Source of the DNA: Candidatus Latescibacterota bacterium
GTDB taxonomy: Bacteria; Latescibacterota; UBA2968; UBA8231
Reading direction: 5' to 3'
DNA: 64,000 nt
NCBI GenBank assembly: GCA_965203355.1
Contig: OZ241889.1
Span: forward strand, 160,001-224,000
Shown here: positions 52,548 through 61,200 of the stretch, piece by piece
Layout of the letters: every line of letters starts with the position of its first letter
Position numbering within the stretch: the first letter of the stretch is position 1
The notes under the pieces: generated by a model
Databases searched by the model: none
Seen by the model: only the letters and a program-made list of their open reading frames with translations
What the model was told of the DNA's origin: nothing
Made by a program: the position numbers and the translations under genes

Positions 52548-53550
52548 GCCAGCCCAAACGGGGAGCGGCGTCCACATTGAGACTGTCGCAGACGCCGCGA
52601 CTAAGGTAGAAAGCTCCAACAGCCCCCACCATAGCAGCGTTATCTGTACACAAATCGTACGCCGGACAATGGAAGGCTAGGCCGCGGTGCTCAACCGCGA
52701 CGCGCAGCCGCTGGCGCAGCCGCTGGTTGGCGGCAACGCCGCCCGCAAGGCATACGGCCGCCACGTCTGCTCGCTCCAAGGCCAACAGGGTCTTGGCGAC
52801 CAAGGCATCCACTACGGCTTCTTGGAAGCTAGCGGCAATATGGGCGAGCTGCTGCGTACGCGCTTGCGGGGTAAGAGAGCGGACGTAGTGTAACACCGAG
52901 GTTTTGAGGCCACTGAAGCTGAAGTCCATCTCGTCCACGAGCGCACGGGGGAAATCAATAGCCTTGGAATCGCCAGCCTCGGCCAATTCGGCGATGAGCC
53001 TACCACCGGCCACCACCCCTTCTCCGGGCAGCAGGCCCAGCAGCTTAGCGACCTTGTCAAATGCCTCGCCAGCCGCGTCGTCGCGCGTACGGCCCAGCAC
53101 CTCGTATGAGCCGAGTTCGCGCACCAAGATCAACTCAGTGTGTCCGCCCGACACCAGCAGCGTCAGGAAAGGAGCCTCGACCTGCGCGGCGACCAAGTTG
53201 GAAAACACGTGGGCTTCCAAGTGGTGGACGCCTACTAGCGGCTTGTTGCACGCTAACGCCAACCCCTTGGCTAGTGACAGCCCCACGATCAACGACCCGA
53301 CTAAGCCAGGCCCTCGCGTCACTGCCACTCCATCCACTTCTTCCCACCCAACTCCTGCAGCCGCTAGGGCCTGTCGCACGACCGGCACCAAAGCACACAT
53401 ATGGGCGCGCGAAGCCAACTCGGGCACCACGCCCCCATATGGCGCGTGATCTTGCTGCGAGAAGATGATATTGGAATGCACGGCGTACGACTCATCAACT
53501 ACGGCCGCGGCCGTCTCATCACAGGAGGTCTCCAGCCCCAGTACCAACAC
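52540..53550 (-). CDS. tsaD: tRNA t6A transferase TsaD
   Basis: LGLETSCDETAAA, GGVVPELASRAH, HHLEAH, VSGGHT, DDAAGEAFDK, CTDNAAM. Confidence 0.97.
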   Translation of the reverse strand: MLVLGLETSCDETAAAVVDESYAVHSNIIFSQQDHAPYGGVVPELASRAHMCALVPVVRQALAAAGVGWEEVDGVAVTRGPGLVGSLIVGLSLAKGLALACNKPLVGVHHLEAHVFSNLVAAQVEAPFLTLLVSGGHTELILVRELGSYEVLGRTRDDAAGEAFDKVAKLLGLLPGEGVVAGGRLIAELAEAGDSKAIDFPRALVDEMDFSFSGLKTSVLHYVRSLTPQARTQQLAHIAASFQEAVVDALVAKTLLALERADVAAVCLAGGVAANQRLRQRLRVAVEHRGLAFHCPAYDLCTDNAAMVGAVGAFYLSRGVCDSLNVDAAPRLGWRV

Positions 53551-53551
53551 G

Positions 53552-54484
53552 CTAGTAGCTCACCAAATCGACGTATGCCGGCGCGATCTCGCGCACCTCA
53601 AAAAGCGATGTTTCCGAGCTGTGCACTGGCAGCGCATTCCCCTGATATTCGGCGTAATCTACGTATAGCTCTATGTCGTGGGCTGGGTCGAGCTGGGTGA
53701 TCACGCCAACTCCACCGCGCACCTTGACTTGGGCGGTGGCCGGCTCGGGACGCAGGCGCATCCCGCCGGCATGACGCACGTTAATCGGCACTCCGATTAA
53801 ATCGTCCTCGGCTAACATCTGCACGGTGGCGCGTACGCGTACCGCCTCGGGTACCAACGAGAATTGCGTGTGCTCGGGATGTCGCAAAGACCACTTCACA
53901 TCCACATCTTCTCGGACATCCTGCAAAACCAGCGAATCCGTATCCACATAACGCAGTGCTGCGACCTGCTGCTGCGGGCCGATCACCCGGACAAACGCGG
54001 GATCGGCTAGCACCGGCGTCACCTGTACGTGGGCAGCAGCCACTTCTAGCCTCGCTTGCACCCGCACGGGCACGTCCCGTTCTATCCTCGGTGCTAAGGC
54101 TATTGCAATTTCTTTTGGTTCGAGAATTTCCTTGACTTCGACATCCAAGTCGGCCACCCGCTTGGTGATCTGGGAAGGAGTCAAGCGGTGGATTCGATTC
54201 TTGCCTTCGGCTCGTAACTTCAGGACAAAGGAATCGTCGTCCAAGTTAAACAGCAGATCCTTGCCCCCGCCAGTGACCAAGACGCGAACCGTGGAGGGCA
54301 CTTCACTGGCCAGCGCCATATCCCCATCCACCCCTTCGCCCGGCGGCGGGACTTCGATCCAGAGGCGCACTGCAATTTCTTTATCGTAGTACTTCTCTGT
54401 AACTGCGTGAAGCCACAGCGCAAAAGATAAGACCAAGGCACTTACCTTGATCCCCCAACTTCTTACACTGATGTTGGCCAACAA
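53552..54484 (-). CDS. CdaR/YbbR-like protein
   Basis: WGIKVSALVLSFALWLHA N-terminal TM followed by three YbbR-type repeats (PSTVRVLVTG, PAFVRVIGP, PATAQVKVRG); start approximate. Confidence 0.8.
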   Translation of the reverse strand: MLANISVRSWGIKVSALVLSFALWLHAVTEKYYDKEIAVRLWIEVPPPGEGVDGDMALASEVPSTVRVLVTGGGKDLLFNLDDDSFVLKLRAEGKNRIHRLTPSQITKRVADLDVEVKEILEPKEIAIALAPRIERDVPVRVQARLEVAAAHVQVTPVLADPAFVRVIGPQQQVAALRYVDTDSLVLQDVREDVDVKWSLRHPEHTQFSLVPEAVRVRATVQMLAEDDLIGVPINVRHAGGMRLRPEPATAQVKVRGGVGVITQLDPAHDIELYVDYAEYQGNALPVHSSETSLFEVREIAPAYVDLVSY

Positions 54485-54494
54485 TAGACCCCAT

Positions 54495-54529
54495 AAGAAG
54501 AAGAGGCTCCGCAAAAGGGGGCCTCTTCT
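54495..54529 (-). terminator. Probable terminator after the small Zn-ribbon gene
   Basis: AGAAGAGGC(C/T)CC stem around a 6-nt loop, followed by TCTT on the minus strand. Confidence 0.65.
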
Positions 54530-54575
54530 CGTGATCTACTACTTTACCGCGTACCAAAGGCGAAGACGGGACCTC

Positions 54576-54770
54576 TTACTTAAACGATCGCTTGAGTTCC
54601 TCGCCGATACTCAACTCGCCGTTGTCAATTCTTATATGATACCCGCAACTTGGATTCGTGCAGACCCACGCTTTGTAGTGAATGGCTGCGCCGTCTCTTC
54701 CATAGTCGGAAAGCGGAATCAAAACGCCTTCCTTGCACTTCAAACACTCAGGAAAATCAACCTTTTCCAT
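54576..54770 (-). CDS. Small zinc-ribbon protein (64 aa)
   Basis: GGAGGAAG RBS; CLKC...WVCTNPSC motif; own terminator. Confidence 0.8.
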   Translation of the reverse strand: MEKVDFPECLKCKEGVLIPLSDYGRDGAAIHYKAWVCTNPSCGYHIRIDNGELSIGEELKRSFK

Positions 54771-54849
54771 CCGAGCCCTTCCTCCGGTTTTAACGTATAG
54801 TATAGCCCTCGAAGCTACACTTATTGTTCAATGTACTGGTGCCGTCCCA

Positions 54850-55323
54850 CTATGTCAATTGCCCAAGATGCACGGCGTATTCATATACGGCCCGCTCTTG
54901 GGCGGCTGTTTCCACCGAGCCGGGGCGCAGGCTCCGCACCTGCGTTAGGGCGTCAGCCGCACTGCTGCCCATGCTTACCAAATAACTCGCCAACATCGTG
55001 CCCGTGCGCCCCAAGCCCGCACTGCAATGGACCATCACCGGCCGTCCTTGCTTGACGGCCTCGTCAACGAATTGGACAAACGTCCGTATCTCCCCGAGCG
55101 AAGGCGACCGCATATCCTGTATGGGCAAGTGCAAGTACTCCATATCGCACGCCGCCACCTCGCCTGCTGGCAGGGCATTCGAGGTCAGCGACACAATCGC
55201 CTTTACACCCTGCGCCGCCAGCAAATCAAGATCGTCCTCCAACCGCTCGACCCCTTCCCAACCACCAATCTGCCCGGCACCTGCCAATCGGCCCTCCAAT
55301 AGCCAACCAAAGTTGAACACCAT
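54850..55323 (-). CDS. Dual-specificity protein phosphatase family protein
   Basis: HLPIQDM acid loop, HCSAGLGRT P-loop, RPGSVETAAQ. Confidence 0.92.
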   Translation of the reverse strand: MVFNFGWLLEGRLAGAGQIGGWEGVERLEDDLDLLAAQGVKAIVSLTSNALPAGEVAACDMEYLHLPIQDMRSPSLGEIRTFVQFVDEAVKQGRPVMVHCSAGLGRTGTMLASYLVSMGSSAADALTQVRSLRPGSVETAAQERAVYEYAVHLGQLT

Positions 55324-55325
55324 AC

Positions 55326-55766
55326 TTAGCGGCCTTCATAGGCTGCCTGTGGACCTTCAACCCAGCTTTCGCCTTGATCCCCTACTTCCTTCTTCCATAT
55401 CGGCACGACCTGTTTGAGCCGATCAATGGCGTACTGACACGCGGCCAGAGCCTCGGCTCGATGCGGGCTAGCGACGGCAATTAACACGCTGACCTCCCCG
55501 ATTCCGAGCTTTCCTACGCGGTGAATCATCCCGACATCCACGACGCCCCACCGCGCCTTCAGTTCTTTGCCAATCTCCGCCATTTTCTTCTCGGCCATAG
55601 CTGGATAGGCTTCGTACACCAAGTACTCGGTTTTCTTATCCCCGGAGTGATTGCGCACCACGCCGGCAAACGTGGCCACCGCGCCATTCTCATCGCGCAC
55701 CACGTCGGCAAACAAATCGCTAGGTTCAATTGGGTCTTCGGTAATTTTGAACACGTCAGCCCCCAC
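55326..55766 (-). CDS. moaE: Molybdopterin synthase catalytic subunit
   Basis: GAVATFAGVVRNH, YEAYPAMA, IHRVG, VASPHR, LKQVVPIWKKE; the start may instead be GTG 55754. Confidence 0.95.
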   Translation of the reverse strand: MGADVFKITEDPIEPSDLFADVVRDENGAVATFAGVVRNHSGDKKTEYLVYEAYPAMAEKKMAEIGKELKARWGVVDVGMIHRVGKLGIGEVSVLIAVASPHRAEALAACQYAIDRLKQVVPIWKKEVGDQGESWVEGPQAAYEGR

Positions 55767-56001
55767 TGACCGGCGGAATAAAGGCTACCTCGTCCCCGGC
55801 TTGTAACGCGGTCTGGCTCTCCGCGTACTCGGAGTTGACCGCAATCGACAACACCTGCTGCACCGCGGCCAGTTGCGGATACGCAGCCACGAGTTCGCGC
55901 TGCAAGTCTGCGACTCGACAGCCTTCGGCAATTTCCCACTCACAGCTTCTGTGGCCGACGGCATCGCGGCAGGAAGCAAAAAATAAAACCTTGATCTTCA
56001 T
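55756..56001 (-). CDS. moaD: Molybdopterin synthase sulfur carrier
   Basis: MKIKVLFFA, AVNSEY, C-terminal GDEVAFIPPVSGG. Confidence 0.95.
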   Translation of the reverse strand: MKIKVLFFASCRDAVGHRSCEWEIAEGCRVADLQRELVAAYPQLAAVQQVLSIAVNSEYAESQTALQAGDEVAFIPPVSGG

Positions 56002-56044
56002 CACCAAGTACCAATAACGCCGCCTGACGCAACGAGCCACGGCC

Positions 56045-56082
56045 AAAAAAGGAAATGGGACCCCTCATTGAGGCCCCATTTC
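56045..56082 (-). terminator. Intrinsic terminator after the 682-aa surface protein
   Basis: GAAATGGG...CCCATTTC stem followed by CTTTTTT on the minus strand. Confidence 0.75.
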
Positions 56083-56120
56083 ACTCAGTGATTACTGCTG
56101 TTATATCTCGCTGAGAAAAC

Positions 56121-58169
56121 TTACCTCAGCAGCACCATCTTGCGCTTAGCTACGTAGTCGCCAGCGTGGAGCAAGTAAAAATACATGCCGCTGGCCACGC
56201 TAGCACCGCTTTCGCTCCGGCCATCCCACACGGCTTGGTACTGACCTGCGGCCAACGCCTCGCCGTCAACCAGCTTGCGCACGACCTGACCCGCGATGTT
56301 GTAAATCGTCAGGGAGACGATTGCATCGCTGCTCAGAGCGTAGGGAATCGTGGTTTCCGGATTAAACGGGTTAGGATAGTTTTGACTCAGCGAGCTAGCC
56401 AACGGCAGCGCGGCTAGTGGCTTAGCAGCAGCCCAAGCCGCGCTGAAGTCAATCGCTAAGTCGAGATGCTTGCCGGCCGCATTCTCTGTGGCGGTACTCG
56501 CCGTAATACTAAGGAAAGACACGACATCGGCGTCAACTTCGATCGACGAGTTGCCATGGGCATCTGTCGTATTGCGCACGAACGCGCTACCATGGGGGGG
56601 AATCGTGCCAATGCCGAGCACTGACACCCACTCCGTACTACGGTTGAACACATCCCACAAGATACGCTGCCCCTCGCCCGGCTCACCCCAGAGGTTGGTG
56701 AAATTGACCGAGTACGTGATCTCGCCGGGACTATCGTCGTCAACAGCTCCTGTGTCAACCCCAGAAGTCAACGCGTTGCCAACCAGCGGCGCGGTGGCCA
56801 CCAGCACTGGATCCGGCCGGTTGAGGTGAATGCTGCGACTCAACAACTCGGTGTCCAAGTAATCGCGTTCGCCAGACGACGGGCCCAAAGACACGCTGTG
56901 GACCACAATCCCCGCCTCCATATCCTCGGTAAAGTTGTCCGAGGTGACGAGGGTGAAGGTCCCCAGATCGGCATCTCCATCTACGGCTTCGCTAATAACA
57001 ACTGCGCCGCCCCGCACCTGATTGCCGGAAACTTCTACACCCGGTGCCGACAAGAGAAACGCACTGGAACCCCCAAATGTGGTGGCCTCTAGATCAAAGG
57101 CTTCGGCGGGCGACACCGTCAAGATGACCTCAACCTGCTTCACGCCGGCTAGTCCGGCCGCAGACACCACGACTGGGATTTTCGTACCTGGCCCCGCAAC
57201 TAGCTCGTTGAGGGCGTTATCATCGTTATTCAAGGAAACCTGCGAGACGAACATCAACTTGTCGGAGTCTGGAACTTCCCATGTGGCATTGAAGTCAACT
57301 TCCAAGGGAAGGGTGTCACCGGCTGGATTCACAGCAGTCGTACGCGCCTTAACGTCGAGCGAAGTCGCAGCCGCCTTTAGGTTGCCTTCGGCATCAAACT
57401 GTACTGCCGCATTCCCGTCCGCATCGGTCACATTCCGCAAGCATACGTACACGCCAGAGGGAACCTCGCCGACACCAAGCAGATAGACCGACCGCGAGCC
57501 GGTATTGGTGATGTCCCAAGCAATGGTCTGGCCCTTGGATGGGGCTCCATCATCGGTAAAATTGACCGAGAACTCGATCTCACCGGGGCTACCATCCGCG
57601 GCCGCACCTGTGCCGACCGAGGAATAAGCCTGGTTAAGGGTGAGTTCTGAGGTTGCCAGCATATTCGGCGGGGGCACGGCCCAATTGACGATAAACAATC
57701 CCTCGACGCCAAGGACATCCCGGTCCATAGACGACGGCCCAAGGGACACGCTACTCACTACGATCTCGGCGGGGGAATCCCTAGTAAAACTACTCGACAT
57801 CGTGAGGGTAAAAACACCCAAAGTACCATCGCCATCTACCGCCTCGCCGAGAGTGGCTACACCGCTTTTGATCTGGTCATCCCCCAGCAACTCCACGCCG
57901 GGCGAAAAACCAAAAGCAGGGGTAAAGGTCGTCGCCGCCAGATCAAAGGCATCCGCAGGCAATACCGTCAGGGTAACGTCAAACTGCTTTACCCCGACCA
58001 TTCCAGCAGCCGACAGTGGTACCTGGACTTGCTCTCCAGCATCAGCGGCGGCATGTTCCCCATCAAGCGAAATGACGACACTCGCGTTATTCCCGGCGAC
58101 AGCGGCACCACAGAATGCGAGCAACAGGGCGATGGCAAGAGGAAACGTCTTGCACAAGCTGTTCTGCAT
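56121..58169 (-). CDS. Secreted surface protein: tandem duplicated (cohesin-like plus Ig-like) unit and FlgD/T9SS-type C-terminal domain
   Basis: Signal peptide; repeated SAAG..GVKQ..V.LTV.PA.AFDL.ATTF...VSLGPSS..RD and G....D.SPGEI..SVNFT; C-terminal LSQNYPNPFNPETT...WDGRSESG...KRKMVLLR. Confidence 0.88.
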   Translation of the reverse strand: MQNSLCKTFPLAIALLLAFCGAAVAGNNASVVISLDGEHAAADAGEQVQVPLSAAGMVGVKQFDVTLTVLPADAFDLAATTFTPAFGFSPGVELLGDDQIKSGVATLGEAVDGDGTLGVFTLTMSSSFTRDSPAEIVVSSVSLGPSSMDRDVLGVEGLFIVNWAVPPPNMLATSELTLNQAYSSVGTGAAADGSPGEIEFSVNFTDDGAPSKGQTIAWDITNTGSRSVYLLGVGEVPSGVYVCLRNVTDADGNAAVQFDAEGNLKAAATSLDVKARTTAVNPAGDTLPLEVDFNATWEVPDSDKLMFVSQVSLNNDDNALNELVAGPGTKIPVVVSAAGLAGVKQVEVILTVSPAEAFDLEATTFGGSSAFLLSAPGVEVSGNQVRGGAVVISEAVDGDADLGTFTLVTSDNFTEDMEAGIVVHSVSLGPSSGERDYLDTELLSRSIHLNRPDPVLVATAPLVGNALTSGVDTGAVDDDSPGEITYSVNFTNLWGEPGEGQRILWDVFNRSTEWVSVLGIGTIPPHGSAFVRNTTDAHGNSSIEVDADVVSFLSITASTATENAAGKHLDLAIDFSAAWAAAKPLAALPLASSLSQNYPNPFNPETTIPYALSSDAIVSLTIYNIAGQVVRKLVDGEALAAGQYQAVWDGRSESGASVASGMYFYLLHAGDYVAKRKMVLLR

Positions 58170-58212
58170 GGTTGCTTCTCCTTCTATAATTGTAACCTGT
58201 TGATTTAATAGT

Positions 58213-58246
58213 GAAAATGGGACCCAAAAAATTGGGGCCCCATTTC
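58213..58246 (-). terminator. Hairpin after the 1874-aa surface protein
   Basis: AAATGGGACCC...GGGGCCCCATTT stem with arms matching the 56052-56082 hairpin. Confidence 0.65.
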
Positions 58247-58269
58247 CCTAACTCGCTGTACAGTGGGTG

Positions 58270-61200
58270 CTACTTGAGCAGCAACATCTTCTGGATGTCG
58301 AGGAAATCACCGCCCGCCTGCAAGCGGTAGAAGTACATTCCCGACGACACGCTCTGGCCGCTATCGTTGGTCGCGTCCCACTCCACCGCGTAACGACCCG
58401 CCGCCTGATGCTCGGCGACCAGCGTCCGAATCGGCTGACCCAACACGTTATACACCGTCAGCACCACGTCCGCCGCCTGCGGCAACGCATACTGAATCGT
58501 CGTCTGCGGGTTGAACGGGTTCGGGTAGTTGGCCGCCAGCGAGAACACGGCCGGCCGCGTCTGCACCGAAATCGGCGCGGGCAATGCCAAGCGGTTGAAG
58601 CCCAACGCCCGGTCATACGTCTGGCTGTCGGTGATTTCGAGGGTCGTGTGCGCGATCTCGGTCGTTGGCCGGAACACTAAGCGCAGCATCAGTTCACCGT
58701 CCGAAACGACATCGCCGTGAGCGGCTACCGTCAACACGCCCGCTTGATCGGCCAACACCTGCGGCGTAGCAAATGCGCTCCCGCCCAGCGGCTGATCGGT
58801 CCGCACTTCGACGAAGGTCAACTGGTCGGCGTCATACGCCACCTGCAAGCCGTAGCCTTTGACCGCCACGAAATCGGCTAACCGCACATTAACGATGAAC
58901 TCTTCTCCTACGCTCGGCAGGGCTGTCGGCGCGTCCAGATACAGTCGCGCATCCGCATTCAGCCCGGTCCGCAACGGCACCGGCTTGCCCGCCACGGCCA
59001 CGCTGCGACCGAAATGGTCGGCCAACACGAAGAAGTCGTCGAAGTCAATCGTCCCATTCGGCGCCAGGTCAAACGCCGGATCAAACCCGGCGTCGCCCGC
59101 CGTCAAGCCGAAGCGGTCGGCCAACACGAAGAAATCGTCGAACCCAATGCGAGCGTCCGCACCGAACAGCCCCAACAGAGCCTGCCCTTGGCTATCGGCC
59201 ACCCGGTTGCGCACGGCCAACGCGGTATGCTCGACCGAACCGGTCTCGTTGTCTAAGTCGAAAGCACGCACCTGATAGGTGTAATGCACGCCATGCTGCG
59301 CCGTCTCATCGACGAAGGACGCGACCCCGGACGCCACCTCGGCGACCACGGAAAACGTTTCGTCTCCCACGGCGCGGCGATAGATGCGGTAGCCATGTAC
59401 GCCCACGACCGGCTCGACCGGTGCCGGGCCTAACGCGCCAGCCACGACTCCTTGCAGCACCTGATCCGACGGCGACAGCGTCCACGTCAGCGCGATGCGA
59501 CCGCCTTGATCGTCCGGCGCATCCAACACCTGTAGTGCGGACACAGCCAACGGTGCGATGTCGTCAGTCGCCCGCACGGCCTCGGCCGTCCAAGTAATCG
59601 ACGAACTCAGCACACTACTGACGACATTTAGCTTCGGCGCCACGCCGCGAGCGTAGGCCAACGCCTCCGGCAGCAACGACGCCAGCACCGGCCCCTCACC
59701 GCCCTGCGCGGCGTCCCGGCTGGCTTGCAACGTCGCCGCCATTTGCGCGTAAGGCTGGGTCAGGTCGTCGGCCTCGACGAACACGGCTTTGGCCACATGA
59801 TGCGTAGTGCGCCCCCCGCGCTCGGCGGCAATACCCCAGCGCGTCGAGACGTTGTCCAGCGTCGCCACGATAGCACGGCCCATCGCTACGCCGGGCACGG
59901 CATCCACTCGCGCCCACGGCACCATCTCATTTTCCAGCACCGGCAAGGCGCGGAAGATGCGATAGCTGTCCAGCGACTTATGATCAGCCGACAATTCCCA
60001 AGACAGCATTACGAAACCGCCTTGGTCGCCTTGGCCGTCCGCACCTTTGTAGTCTTCGGCGACCAAGTTAGTCGGCGCCGACAGCGGCGGCTCCACCACC
60101 GCCATGCTCACCGGCAGCGACTGACTCGCGCCGTTGGCATCCATGACCGTGTAGGTCGCAACCGTCTCGCCCATCGTCGTCGGCGTCCCGGAAATCGTCC
60201 GGGTGGCCGGGTCAAACGACAGCCCGGCCGGCAAACCCGACACGCTATACGTCAGCGGCGGGGTGCCCCCGGAGACGGCCGGCAACGTCAGGTTTGCTGG
60301 CACGTTAATGGCGAGTTGAATCATACTGTTGTCGTGCGAGTCGGCTGGATTGGCTTTGCCGGCTCCGCTGTTGAACAGACCGAACAACGCGCTCAAGTCG
60401 CCAAAATCCAGCATCGCGTTGACCGTAATCGTGAACATCAGCGAGACGCTTTCGTCGCCAGCCATGGCCGTGTAGGTGACTTCCATGGTTCCCTCGGCTT
60501 CTGGCGTCCCGGAAAGCGTCCGGGTGGCCGCGTCAAACGACAGCCCGGCCGGCAGCCCCGACACGCTATACGTGATGGTGCCTTCGCCGCCCAACGCCAC
60601 CGGCAGCACCAACGGCGTAATCGCCGTGCCCGCCGTGTAGGTGTGTACGGCAATCGAAGCACCATCGACAAAGGCCAAGGGGAGCATCATCTCCTTATCA
60701 TCGTCGCCGTCCATCATGCCGCTATCCATGTCGGTCAGCACCAGCGTCGCCGAACTCTCAGCAAAGCCCGGCAGCATCGCGTTGAGCACGATCGTCTCGT
60801 CGCCCTCGGCCATACCGTCGGAGACCGGATCAACCAACAGGCGTGTCGAACCCATAATCGAACCGGCGGCAATGGTAATGGTCGGATTGAACAGCGCCGA
60901 GTAGTCCGTGTCGCGCGTGGCACTACTCGCAGCCGCGTCAATCGAAACGGAGACCGTCGCGTTCTCAGCCAGCGGCTTGCCGTCCAGCGCGGCCATGACC
61001 ATCACTTCCGTCAATTCGGCTGACTCGCTGATCGCGCTCGGCATTACCGACAGCACCAAAGACGTGCTGGGCGTTTCGTCGTCGGAAATGCGGATGTCCA
61101 CCTGCGCCCAACCGCCCGAAGCCGCCGCCCGAACACCCAAGTGCTTATGGCCGTCCGCCGAAGCATTGTCAATGGGCGACAGGAACAGCGTCGTCCAGCC

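Noticed and set aside
54850-55323. Phosphatase as the pArg phosphatase partner of McsB
   Set aside because: It is a DSP-fold enzyme rather than LMW-PTP/YwlE and lies 13 kb away; there is no sequence evidence for the link.
59725-61023. 432-aa Arg/His-rich plus-strand ORF
   Set aside because: Antisense to the GC-rich surface-protein gene; composition reflects reverse-complement codon bias.
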